A stretch of 64,000 nt of DNA, from NCBI GenBank assembly GCA_008632985.1, contig QPGO01000021.1, forward strand, positions 248,001 through 312,000, in the 5' to 3' direction. The position numbers and the translations under genes were made by a program. The notes beneath the pieces were generated by a model that worked only from the letters and a program-made list of their open reading frames with translations, searched no databases and had not been told where the DNA came from. Position 1 is the first letter of the stretch; each line of letters opens with the position of its first letter. Shown in pieces: positions 23,965-37,630 of this stretch. Source of the DNA: Psammoneis japonica. Lineage: Eukaryota.

Positions 23965-26819
23965 ATGCGGTTCAATTCCTTTGCATTGTTGATAACGGCT
24001 GTGCTTACGGATGCCGGTTTCCCGAACAACATGGGCAAAAAGGATCGAGTGAAACTCCAGAGCATCCTAAGTGGCAGACTACAAATACCAGCAGATTTGC
24101 CGTTCTTTGTAAAATATAAAAGCAAAAGAGGAAAGAGAGTGGCAAAACGTTGGGCGAAGAACGGAAGGATCGAAAAGAACTACCCCAAGAAAAGTCTTCT
24201 AATAATGCGTCCAGCAAACAGCACTGCTCTGCGGGCGCTTTCGAAGAACCGTTTTGTAGAATACATCGAACCAGTCCACAATGTACATGCTGTATCTTCT
24301 AACAGACTCACCGTTTCAACCACCCTTGAACAAAAGGAAATCACCCGCTCCTTGCAAGAAACAGTTGGCTATGGCATTGACATGGTACAAGCATCTCAGT
24401 TGTGGAATACTCCTAATGCCACAGAGGTAACCATATGTGTCGTTGACAGTGGGTACGCCCTTGGACATCCTGACTTACCGAATCTTGATTCAGGAGTTAC
24501 AGGAAGCTCCGGTAGAACTGGATATTGGGGACAAGATGGTTATGGTCATGGCTCACACTGCTCGGGGGTAATCGGCGCCATTGGGAGAAATAACCGAGGT
24601 GTTGCTGGCATCATGGGCGACGCGAACCCGTTCAAGCTCCACATTGGGAAATGTTTAGATGACAAAGGCGAGGGGTCTGAAAGAGACCTGGTTGATGCAT
24701 TTGAAAGCTGCGTTGCCGCCGGAGCAAACGTCATTAGCATGAGTCTTGGTGGAGCCGACTACAGTGAATCTTTCCGAAATATTTGTAAGGAGGCCTATGA
24801 CAATGGGATCCTCTTAGTTGCTGCGGCTGGAAATGGTGGAGATGACAGCCATATGTTTCCCGCTTCGTATCCAGAAGTAATGTCCGTAGCAGCGGTTGAT
24901 AAAGATATGAAGGTTGCGGGATTCTCACAATTCAATGACCAAGTAGAGATTGCAGGGCCGGGAGTAGATATTGTTTCCACCGTTCCAACAAACAACGGAC
25001 AAGCCTTTGGATATGACACCTGGAGTGGTACTTCTATGGCGACACCTTACGTCGCTGGAGTGGCCGCGTTGGTTTGGGGGTACTTTCCGCAGTGTTCGAA
25101 TAATCAAATTCGTAACGTGCTCGTTCGAACTGCCATGGCTAATCAAGGTGGCGGATGCAATCATGAGATAGGCTTCGGTGTCGCCCAGGCAAAAGATGCT
25201 TACGATCTACTGTTGGCAGAGGGATGCGATGCTGGGAATCCATCCCTTGTACCTCTGTCAGAAAATGCCCGCGGGGGCTGTGCTCAAGATCCTTTCTATC
25301 AACCACCACCTACAGCATCGCCGACTGCATTTGTGTGCACAGAAAAGATATTCTCACTTGAACTCACTACAGATGAATGGCCGGAGGAGACAGCATGGGA
25401 GGTTGAGAATTCCTCAGGCGATCTTGTTGGTTCCGGCGGTGGATACCGAAAAGGAACACTGCACGAAGAAAAGTTTTGTCTCCCAACGGACAACTACACC
25501 TTTACAATAAGAGATTCGGAAGGTGACGGTATCTGTTGCAACTATGGATCTGGAAGGTATGTTGTGTACTTTGATGGTGATCTGATAGCGGAAGGTGGAA
25601 GTTTCGGAGCAGTTGTTACAGTTGCGTTTGGTGAGAATCAAACAAACAACAGTCCTACGTCACCCCCTGAGTCGCCACTCGGAAATAACGAGTCCAATGG
25701 CGTTTGCACGGATGACAAGGACTGGAGTTATACAAATCCAAAAGGAAGAACAAAGAAGTGTAAATACTTGCAGACCAATACAGCCACAAGATGTCAAATT
25801 GTGGGCACTGATACGTTTGGTAACAACTCACCTGGCTTTGTTGCTTGCCCGGTTACGTGTGGGAGCTGTCCACCGACTGCTTCACCAACGTTTCAGCCAA
25901 CGGCTCTGTCGACCGCATCGCCGACTCCCTTGCCAACATCATCACCATCCTTTCCACCAACGCGGTCACCAACTGAAAGCCCAAGTCCTTCGCCAACGCA
26001 GTCTCCAACAATCTCACCAACTCATCAACCTACAGTGTCACCGACTCGTACGCCGACTATGGTACCGACCGAGCGGCCGACAGTGGCGCCAACGAGACTT
26101 CCTACTCGGGCACCAACTCAGGTTCCGACGAAAACTCCAACCAGCGCTCCTACAAAGGAACCCGCGATGAAAGCAGCCGCAACGACACAACGTCCAAGTC
26201 GGCTGCCGACACTGCCTTCTACACTACGCCCTACCCATAATCCAACAAGGGAACCTACGGTGCAACCAACGGTACATCCAACACCGCAACCTACACAGAC
26301 ACCCACTCCGCCGCCAACACGAGCTCCTTCTCCAGGTCCAACACAACAACCGACGCCGCCTCCTACCCCCAATCCAACACTCAGACCCACTCGTATGCCA
26401 ACACCGGAACCCACGCCATATTCAACACGCAAACCCACTCGCGAGCCAACATCAAAACCAACATCTCAATCCAATAATTATGAGTCGGCTAATGCAAGCG
26501 GCGACGGTGGATGCTGCTCTGATGATTACAAGACATGCAAAAATGGTGACACGTTTTGCAACGCTAGCAAGAGCAACTGTGAAGGCGCCTGTAATAGTGC
26601 ATGGATCGATCCGGTCGCAAATAAGAAATGCATAGGGAACTGGCAGTAAGTAATACTGTGCGTCATTTTCGTGGTCTATATCTTGCAGTCGCTGAAATTC
26701 GATCTCTTTCCTAATGTTTTGACACTAGGCCCTGCACAAACGATGTCAAGGGATGCTGCCCTGGCCTTTACTGCAGCGGTAATCAGCACCATCGACAGTG
26801 CGCAACCCATTTATACTAA
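23965..26819 (+). CDS. Secreted subtilisin-like serine protease (S8), copy 1, with PT-repeat stalk; intron 26646-26728
   Basis: Catalytic motifs VVDSG, HGSHCSG, AAAGN and SGTSMATP; signal peptide; short Cys-rich last exon. Confidence 0.92.
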
Positions 26820-29800
26820 TTTCGAACAGGTATCTACTTTTTCAAAGTGCAAGTTGATACAAATAACATTTGATCTCTCTTTACAGTAAGCGTTGTTTAG
26901 AGAACCAGAGTTCTTTTTTTTTCCAGGTGAATTTTTGTCTTGGCTTTGCCATGGGCCCTACTCTATAGTGCAATCGAAAGGTTGACAAAAAGTGGGCCCG
27001 CCGCTTCGATCAAAGTTCAATCAGGCACATTTGCACTCAAAAGGCTCAATCAAAGCATCTTGCCCAACTTGACAGTCAAAGAATTGCTGCTTTGCACTCT
27101 GCCACCAAAGGCGCTTGTCAATGAGCACTTAGCAGCTTGCTCAAATCACTGCAAAATTACACAGCCATTGAAAATGTCCAACATCACATCATGTCAGAAT
27201 GCTTGTGCACCCAAAGAAACACCCTTGCAGATCTTAACACAAAAAAACAATGCAGCATGCATGGAGAGCCACAGCTGAAGCATCATCTACAATTGCATTT
27301 TCCTGCTTCCTGCCAAAGGTTTCTACAAGGGTGCCAGCAATGAGCACAGCTTGCAAAATGCCAGCCATCATTTCATGCATTGTTTTACAGCACAGTGTGC
27401 TGGCTTGAAGATTTCACAATGCAGCTGGCCCATTTGCCACAGCCACTTGATTTAACAACATTGTTTGGAGCTCCCAATTTTGCCACTGTTGTCATGAATG
27501 TGGCAACTGGGTTGTCCGGGGCAATGAGACAAAGACTGCGAAATTTGTCAGAGACATGCTGCAACCTTTTTTGTCTCAATTTGCACCAGTTCTGTCACAC
27601 CAGCTGCAACGCAAATGCAAATGAGCAACCTCAAACTCCAGGAGCTCAACATTCTGAAGAACAGCATCAATCTTCCATGGTGGGCCAGCCAAATCTGTTG
27701 CTGCTTCTGCTTCAGTCCAAGAAGGCAGTGGTGCACCTCACTCTGAGCACTCTCACCACAGTTTGCAACAAAGGTGCAACTCAGCACAACAATGCAAACA
27801 AGTTTGAGTGCTTTCAGTCATGCAAACAATCAATGCTGCAATGCCCAAGGATGCAGCAGTGCCATGACAAATTGCTGGAAAAGGACACAGCTGAGGGACA
27901 CAAATTTTCCAAGCTCCTGTGGCAGCTTGCACTCTCATTCACTGATGGCAACACATGAATGGATGATGCAAGATCTTGGTCAAATTTGGCATCTCTTTCA
28001 AACTTGAGCAGCTCAGAAAAGCTCAAACCACTCTCCTGGCTCATCAAGCAAAGAAGAAAAGGCATCAGACTCAATTGAATTGCCAGTGAAAGCTTGAGAG
28101 AAATTTTGAAAATGCCAGCCCTGCAGTTTGGGAGCTCCAAACTTGTCAAAATTTGTCATCTTGCCCTTGCACTTGCCACTCAGACCCCCTCACCCCCCCC
28201 CCCCCTCCAAAAAAGGTGCATCTGTGCATGATGGACAAGAAAAACAATGAATGAGCACATTGTTCTGTGACCTTCCAGTTGTTTGAAATGTCAGATCCAT
28301 GCCAAGCAACACAGTGCTTGGTTTTTTGAAACAAATCAGAGTGGCAAGCAATTTTTTGTTTGCAGTCAAACAGTTGTGCTGCACTTTGTGGGCCAGTGCA
28401 TCCAGTTGGATTGCTGTTTTGGACAATTGCTGTGCACCCATCTGACAAAATGAACAGGCGCAGAAATGAAATGGGGGAAGTTGTGACTTGGACATGCAAA
28501 CAGCAGTGCTTCACCCATTGTCAAACAGAGCTTTCATCTCATCAAAAGCTTTCTGGCAGGCATCACTTGCTCCACTCAAAAAATCCTTTGCTGGCCAACT
28601 CAGTCAAAGGAGCAAACACATGAGAGTGCTGGGGCTGCATGTGTGGCAGCAATGCACTGCTGTGCCAAGAAACAACAGTCAAAGCTGCAAAGCAGTTTTT
28701 GGAGGTTGGGGTTGTGGGGCAGCTTCTGCTTTTTTCATCTGGCTTGACAACAGAGTTGGCACATGAGCGAGTGTCCCAGGAAACCCATTTCCTGAACACG
28801 CCGCTTGTGATTCAGCATGATGTTGACATTCAAGCTGCTCATCAGAGTGTGCATCACAGTGATCAAGACTGTTTCACAGGCAACATCTTTTCATGCTGTG
28901 ATGGACAGCCAGTTGTGCACATGGTGAAAAATTGTTGGCTGTGATGGACAAACATTTTTGTGCCATGGGGTGCCCCTCCCCCTCCCAATGACAAAAAACA
29001 TGGCTTGCCACAAAACAGCCACCCATTTTCTCTGTGAGGAGAGTGCCCTCCCTCTGTCTCCACAAAACTTGTCAATCATGAGCATTGGCATTGCAACATT
29101 TCATTTTGTCATTTAAGTTTAATTTGTGCAATGCAATTTTTGGTGCACACAATTGTCGACAATTGCTGGTTTGCTGCATTGCTGTCTGCTGCACCCCACT
29201 TTGCAATTAGATGGGTTGCATTCAAGAGGTTTGGTTCCTTTGCCAGGCTGGTGTGGCATTTTGTGCTGCCTGTTTGTCTTTGATTGAGTTGTTTTCTTCC
29301 TCATTGCCTTGTCCTTTTTCCTCTTTCTTGTCATCGTCATTGTTGCCAGAGAAAGCTCCAGCTTGGCTTGTGCATTTGCTGTCTTCTGTGCTGGCTTTTT
29401 GTGGTTGTTGCATTCTTTTGCTCTTTTCATTGCTTTGTTCTTCCTTCTTGTCATTGCTGCACCCTGTGTTGAGCTGCACACCTCCTGGCTTGCTTGCCCT
29501 GTCTTCTTTCAACCCACCACATGGCTTCTTGAATCACTCTGCTCCTGCATTTCCCCATGAGTTGTGCTGTTTTGCAGGATTGATGCACACAGGCACCAGG
29601 GTTCTTCTTTTTCTTTGTTGTCCTTGTTGACATCTCCCTGTTGAACTGTCTTCTCCTTCACAGCCTTGTGCTCCTAAATTTTCCAGCAGTTTTCCAATGT
29701 TGACAGCTCCAGAGTCTTGTTGCTTGCCACAGCAGCCACCAGTGAGGAAGTGTTGTTTGCATGGCAAAATGAAACTGGATGGCAACAATGTGGGCACCGG

Positions 29801-32689
29801 TGCAAAAAATTGTGAACAAAAATTTTGGGGCAGGGACACAGGAGAGCCAACAAAAATTTCGGAGCAAACAAACATGTGGAGTGAACAGGACATTGACACA
29901 ATTAAAGGCTGAAGGTTGAAATTTTTGTGTTTGTTAGAAGACAGCTTCACTGTGGGAAAGACAGAGGTGACAGATTGCACAAAAAATTTGAGCATCATTT
30001 AAAAAGAGAAGAAGAATTTTGCATGGGCAGTCCATGTAGAAAACACACATGAAGGAAGCCCTCTGGGAAACATTGGGTGATGCAGTCTGCTTCAAATGGG
30101 TGAGACAAATTAAATCAAGCAAACGTCAATTAAACTTGTCTGGGGTGCTTGGGTCAGGTGGGCACCGATGGAATGATGAGGGGTGGTGTGAAATTGATGA
30201 AGACTGTTTAAATTAAATGAGCTTCACCCCTCATTTAAGGAATCAAAACTCAACGGAAAAATTTGACCCCCTCATTGAACCTGCCTCTGATGCAAGCTCT
30301 GTGGCCTTGCTCTTTCCAGACTCCACTGTTTTTCTCCATGCCGCAGTGCTCTTGGAGAATTTTGGGACATTGTCATGCACAGAACCGTGTGCATGCTTCC
30401 TTGTTGGTCTGTCTTTCACCCACAATGATTTCCACAGTTTTGTCCTCCCAAGTTGTTGCCATGCGTGAATGGTTTGTTGATGGGCTCTGCATCTTTCTTC
30501 CTCTTGCCTCTTTTTTGGTTTTTTTCCTCTCTTTGATGGGCTCCCACCACCCTGCTTTTGCCCATGCATTTCTTTGGCTTGTTCTGTTGTCAGCACAGTT
30601 TGTGTAGAGGCCAACAAGCACTGCTGTGTTAGCAGCAGCATCTTCAACTCCCTCATTGCAACATTTTCTCATCACTTGCCACACATTTGCATTCTTCGTT
30701 GTGGACCAAGTGACGGTGTTTTTTTTTGTGACATTGATGGCAATTGGGGTGCACTTTTTTGCCCAGTCTTCCCAGGTTCCTCCCACCCAGTCTTGCTTGC
30801 TGAATTTGCCAATGGCTGTGTTCTTGCACATTTGGTGCAGCCCCTTTCCACCACTCAACATGTCTGTCTTGGCAGGGAACTGTGCTTTTGGAAACAGTTC
30901 TTTTTGAGTCACACCTCTTCAATTTGTTTCTTCAGAGATTGGCGCTCTTCACTTGCTCCTGCCTGCTCCAACACTGCCATCACCCTTGGGCCAAGTGGCA
31001 CTTCCTCTGACCTGTCCTTGTTGGTTGTAAGTTGTTGACAACTTTTGTTGCAACAGCAAGGTTGCAGGTCCCACTCAGACTGCCCACTGTTGCAATGGTT
31101 CAAACTGATTTTTCTGACTAAAATTTTGATGCTCACACCAATGCTTCTCAGTTTGCAGCTGCTGCACATGGCACAAATTAATCACAATGGCACAATTTTT
31201 TTTCTTCCCAATGCATTCCTTGCCATCATCATGTTGCTTTCAAAGTTTGGCAATTGAACATTCAGTTCAAACAAATCATTCCAAAACCTGCAGATCTCTC
31301 AAACATTTCAATTTGGCGCTCACAAGCCAATTTAAAAATGTCAAATTACATGCACAAGCATTTTAACCTGTGAAAGCTTTGTTCATGTGGAATGAATTCA
31401 ATGCACACACCCTTCCCACCAAAGTTGGTTTCCTGTTCCCAATGCTGCACCACAATTTGCTGACACCACACATTTGTTCAGTTGCTTCCTGCTCCAGGAG
31501 AGACTGCAACAAGGTTGTCTTGTTGCCCTCCCTGCACAGGACATGCAGAACATCAAGCCAGGCAAATCAGCTGGAGCTTGCACATCATGCAATTGCACCC
31601 ACACCGCTTGCCCTGCAATGGCTTCAGCAAAGTTAATTCTCTCATGCCATGTTGACAATGGGTTCTTCATGGCAAACATGGGCTCCAAGTCTTCTGCCAC
31701 ATGTGTGCTGTCTTCTTCCTTCAGCAACCTCCAAGCCAAGTCAAACTTTCTTCCTGCCAAGTGGCACATTGGTTTCTCCAAAGCCTTGCATGATCTCTCC
31801 ACATGTGTGTTCCTGTTGAAGAAAATGCACTCTTTCTGCTCCTTCATGTCCATCAACTCTTCCATCAGACAAACAAATGATCCTTGATCTTGGGATTGAT
31901 GGGGCAGTTGAGCGGTGCTGCAATGGCACATCACACATTTTGCAGGTGTCCCATCTTCATGTGTGCAATTGCAGTGTTCACAAACTGTGTGGATGTCACC
32001 AATGTGAGAACAATTGTTGCAATTTCCCTTTGCTGGAACAAAATTGTTCACTGTTTTTTCTGTCAAAGCTCCCTCTGTTGTCCCAAACTTGGCAAGGTGG
32101 CAAACAATCTGCTTTTCCCACAGATGCTTGTGAGTCTTGTCCTTGTGCGGGTGAGCTCTCTGCTCCATCAGTTCCTCAAGGTGCAAATCATGCCACAAGG
32201 GATCTGGGAAGCTTGGGTCCATTGTGCAGCAGACTGAATTGTGTGACACAAACAATGGACACATCCTCTGAACCAATGGAGCCAGATGATGAGTGCAAAT
32301 CTCTTCATGCATGCATGCATCACTGTCTCCATTGCATTTGAGACAGTGTTCTGAGTGACAAATTGTCAACAGCACTGTGCAAGACAATCAAATTGCTGGC
32401 TGATGTGCAACCAAAACTTGCTTTTTGCTTCTTGCAGACAAATTGAACTTTGCAATGTTTTGCTCATCTTCAAGTCAACAAACAATCACAGTGCATGTGA
32501 AATCATTGTTGCCCATAAAATTTTTCACTCATGCAGTGAAAACACAATGCACACCATTTTGCACCCTTTTTGTGCCATGTTTCCAGCCCTGTTGTTGGAA
32601 TTCACCCTCTTTGCATGGCCAAACCAAACAACAATGCCACTTTTCATCAGCTGTGCTGCACAACAAAAAACTCACTCAGGTTGCAACAC

Positions 32690-35600
32690 AGATGATCCAA
32701 AGGCTGACCAGAGGAAAACCACCTGCCCATGTTGCAAATGAACCTTCTTGTGCGCGCTCAGTCACTTTCACAACAACCCCCATTGTGCCTCCATTGCTCT
32801 TGAGAGGGCCAGCTTGTTGCACCATCGTTGCTGTGTGATGGTGTTGTTGTGATGGGCAGGTTGCACATCTTCAGCAAGGGTCAAGGATGCACATGGCAGA
32901 GGATTGGAAGAGCTTGACCAGTCTTCATCATTGACCGACTCATCTCATCCTGTGTTGAGGTGGTCCTCCTGGCGTGGCACAGCTGTCATGAGCATCCAAC
33001 TGGAGCTTCAGCTGTCAAGTGAGACTGTTGGGATGCACCTGCATCACCACCATTTGATGATGACATTTCTCCCCTTGCACCCATCTTTGAGAAAGAGGAG
33101 CAGCACATGTCCATGTCATTGGAAGTTTTGTTGCAAGCGAGCCTGTCTGAAGTGGGCTTGTTTGATGAATTGCTGCCTGACATCAACATGAGCTCTGTTG
33201 CCAATGACTTGGAAGAGGCATCTTCATCCTTGGATGGAAATGTCTCACTTGGCAAGGATGGCAGGTTGGGCAAGGTGCAATCTCACCCAGCTGCTGAAAA
33301 CTTTACAAACTTGCCATCTCTGAGCAAACTCAATGGAACCTGCGTTGAGCTGTGCAAGATCATTGATGACTGCCAAGCTCTGCTTCACCTGTGCAACAAC
33401 ATTGCATGTTTCATGGAAAGGTGTTGTGGAGCCACCTTCAAGCTTGGCACACAAATCCCTTGCCAAAGCAAACCAATCAAAACTTTGTCCAAAGTGTTTC
33501 CCCATCCCACTTGGGAGTTGATTCCTGTCAACCTTGAAAATGGCATGGAAGAAAGGGGTGAGAAAATGGTCACAGTGCTGCATTGAAACTTTGAACAAGA
33601 TTGGGAATCCTGCATGGCAGACACTTGCCCATGGGCAAGCCCAAGCAAACTTGCCAACCCAAGTGATCCACACTTGAAATGTGCTTGGCAAAGGGCCCAG
33701 CTAACAAGTGTGTTTGGCCAGCTGCTGGTGGTGCAGAAGGACCTGAGCCCTGCCATGCCAGAGTGATGGATCCTCAAAAAAAGAGTTCCTGGAATGTTTG
33801 ATGGTTTGTGTCAACAAGACAGGCCAAAACCTCCATCCATGGGATCATCTTGCAGCAAACCTGTCACAGTCACTTTTGCTCATGTTGCCTTCAAAAAAAT
33901 GCATGACAAGGCAAAATGGAGGAGAGCCTTTGGTTGCACTCCCAACTTAGAAAAAAATTCATCTTCTGCTGGAAAGCAACAGTCCAATGCAAGAAAGTCA
34001 GAGAAGGGGTGCAGTCCACAACACCATCACAAGGCATTGAAGACAATGCTTCAGCCGCTGCTGGACATGATGGAATGTGGTGACTTTTGGTGTCATGTGT
34101 GCTGAGGCAACAAGATTTGTTGCCTTCATGTGATTCCCACCATCACCCCAGTCAATGGCAACACAAAGAGTGGCAACCATCTGGCTGGCCAACGTGGAGC
34201 TGAGAATTGTTGTCAGTGCTGTTCCAGGTTTTGCATGATGGGATGTCATGACCTGGATGACCCTTCAAAGGAGTGCAAGCTTGTGTGTGCCAGCAACCTT
34301 GCATTTGCACAGGAAAATGCCATGGACAATGGTCTGTCAGAGGAAGAGCAAGCTCAATGGGACAATCAGCTTGGTTGCATGAAGCAACACAGTGTCTCTG
34401 TGAATTGCTTGCTTCATTCATGCAGATTTAGGAGAGCAACTGTTTGGGGCAACCCTGTCCACTGCAAGCAACATGATGCACCTGTTTGAGAGCGGCACTC
34501 TCAAAAAAGAGATTGGTGTGTTTGTGGACAGCATGACCAACTTTGTGAGAAGCAAGGTGGACAGAATCACAGAAAGGATGTTTGGCCAACACAGATCCAC
34601 TTGCACAACCCAATTTTTACAAACTAATTTCAAAGGTGGTGCAACATCACTGGCCTTCCCCAGTTCTCATCACAGGGCAGAAATGGCCTTTGTTTTTCAC
34701 ACGTTGCTGCCAGCCAAAGATGATTGTGATGCGCGCGCCTCTTGTTTCTTGGATGAAGACCACGACAACTTTCTGTTGCCAGAGAATCATTCCATGCCCA
34801 AATTCCAAATGGACCATTGCTGCAAACCAAACCAACTGAGCATGATGCTGAAAATTACACCCCAGCAGACAAGTTGGAATCTGGTCAGGACAGAGCTGAT
34901 GTTCCACATGACACAGATGCCTCTGTCAAAACAGAGTCAATGTGGACAGCAAATGTGAGAAAGTCAGCAATGACAACAACCAGAAGTGTTGCACACAGAA
35001 AAAGAAATGACAACCACTTAACTGTGGCATGCATCAGCATCTGAGGTTGCTCAAAGATTTGCTGACATTCCATGCCTGGCACAAATTGGGCAAGCCACCC
35101 ACAGATCTAAATGATCTGAGCAAGATTGGCAAGAAAATTTGCTGGTTGATGGCAAGAACAACAGCACAACAGCGCATTTTACACCACGTCATGAGGGAGC
35201 CAGGTGGAAGTCACATTGGCTTCACAAGCTGCTTCGCCTGACAACATTTCTTTGTTTCTTCTGCCATTCCATGAACTTCAATGCTGGGCTTGGGCAGTCT
35301 CTGTCAAAGGATTGTTCAAGCTGCTTTTGGCTGCTGCACAGTGGCAACTGCACAGCAGCACAGCTTAAAAGTTTTCTTGAGTCAAGTCATGTCCTGAGTG
35401 GAAGACCAAATTGATGGTTCACTTGGCAATTGCTGCAAACCCATGGATTGTTTCTGGGAAGCAAGGGCATGCCACACCTGCTCCAATGCAATGACGCTGA
35501 CTTGGGTGCAGCACTTTTGCTTGCTCTTCAGTGCAGTGAAACAAACAAAGCCATGTCCTTCTGTTGGCTGGGAAAGCAAGCTCACTGCCAGGTGCACCCC

Positions 35601-36152
35601 ATCCTTTTAAAGTTCTTGGGCAAATGATGGAGGGAGTGTGTGAGCATTGACAATGAAACTCTTGACTTGCTCACATTCAAACCTGAGTGCTGCAACAGGA
35701 GTGGAGTTGATGCTTGCTGAGCACACCTGGGCTGCAACAGCAAAGGCTCCATGTGTGACTGGGCTGGTGTCAACTTTGGAGCTTGGCACAGGGATTTGTG
35801 TTTCCCATCTTGGCTTTGCTGTTTCTTTAAAAATCCAAGCAATGGTGAGTCACCAAATTGTTCACCCAAGCATGCACCAGACAGAAAAGCACTCAATGGC
35901 AGAGAGGCTTCAATGCACCAACCTGGTGAGTCATTGGCAATTGGACCAAGTGAAAAACCAGGATTTGTCAATGGCCAACAAAGTGGTGCACTCCCCTGAA
36001 CTATCTTGGTGCTGACAGATGCAATGAGAGACAAGTTGTTGGTGGATGAAGAGCAGCCAGGTGTTGCAGAGACACATGACAAGACCAGACATGTCTGGGT
36101 GGTTCAAAACAGGAGAACAACATGGGCAGACAAGCTCCACATGAGCACATGA
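32690..36152 (+). pseudogene. Plavaka-like (CACTA/EnSpm-related) transposase relic
   Basis: Fragments resemble Plavaka motifs as I recall them once TG/CA are reverted: AFG(C>Y)TPNLEK, (HH>YY)HKALKT(M>I)LQPL, VNG(N>D)TKSGNHLAG, CSRFC, DLDDP, NF(N>D)AGLG; many stops and frameshifts. Confidence 0.6.
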
Positions 36153-37345
36153 CAAGGTTTTTTTTTCAACAAGTGGTCATCACTGCAAGGGGCAACAAAG
36201 GTTGGGAAAGGGGTTGGCATGGTTTGTTTGTGTGCAACTCCCAACACATGTGACACTCACCTGAGTTTTGCATTGCGATGGGCTTCCAAGCTTCCAATGC
36301 TCATTCTTGGGTTTCTGACATTGGGTCTGACCAGGTTTCCATTTGTGACGAGTGTTTTTTGCTCAAAGGACAGGAGCTTTGATGGCTTTGTTTTGTTCTC
36401 CATCAGCAATGTCTTGAAGAACCACAACACTTTCTCTGTGTCTGGACAACATTCCTGGATTTCCTGCTCCATCACTTCCAAATGCATCTCTTCCTGATTA
36501 GATGGCTTGCCAAGCCATTCCACACTTTTTCAGTCACCAATTTTCATCAAAGCTTGGCAAATCCTCAAAACAACCTTGCTTGTGGTGTCCTCATTTGCAC
36601 CCAGGATGCACACACAAGTGCACATGAATTTCAAGTTTTTCACAACTTGTGCCAGTGACTGAAGGTCAAATGGAACAATGATTTTGGACCTGTGCAATCT
36701 TGGGTGTGTCAGACACATGATCACTTCTTGCAGATTCTCTAAAAAAAATGTTGTCCAAATGCATGTGGTCTGTTGCCATTCCCCTCATTGCACCCAGCAG
36801 CAGCCCACACAATTTTGACAAAGCCATTCATTCCAAAACCAATGTTGCCCCAAAATTGTTCTAAAACCCTCTCCACAAAATCTTTGAAAGAAACATTGCA
36901 GCTCAGGTGATGGGTGCTGCTTCTGTCCCAGAGCAAAATGGTGTGTGCTTCTGTGCGCACTTGTGTCTTCTTTGTTGATCAGAAACTGCCAACCCAATGC
37001 CTGGGTTGGGGCACAACTCATCCAAAGAGAAGTCTCTTGCATTCACTGGTCTGGTCATGCCAAGCCAAAGGAACTTGGTGCTGCTGTCATCCCTGCAAAT
37101 GAATGGGAACAATTGTCACCTCAATCAGAGGAGGAGCAACGTGCTGCTGGACAATTTGCTGCACCAACAAACAAATGGGACTCACACTGTGGTTTGCAGG
37201 ACACAAACCACAGTTTGTGGGACACAAACTTTCCTGTCAGGAATGCTCACAAAAACTGGCAGTTGTGCACTGGGAGGGAACTCGTTGTCTGAATCCACTT
37301 GCACAACAAAGTCAGTTCTGGCAGTTGCAAGCTTTGCAATCCAAT

Positions 37346-37630
37346 GAGTCCAAATTGTTGTCAGCTGTGGGTCCAGAAACAACAGAGGCAGACAATGTGG
37401 TGGTGCACTCCATGGATGCATGATCTGTCATTGAGCCCAAATCAATGTTGGCCACAGAACCAGAAAGAAGGGAGGTTGACAAGTCGTCAGTTGCTGAGCC
37501 CAAATCATTGTCAGCTGCCAGTCCAGAAACAACAGAGGCAGACACAGACTCTGCGAACTTGTCTGTCATTGAGTCCAAACCATTGTCAACCATGGCAGGA
37601 TCAGAAAGGAGGAAAGTTGATGAGTCATTG
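37346..37630. repeat. Internal direct duplication of a ~140-150 bp unit
   Basis: GTCCAGAAACAACAGAGGCAGACA and TCTGTCATTGAG-CCAAA...CAGAAAG-AGG-A-GTTGA each occur twice. Confidence 0.7.
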
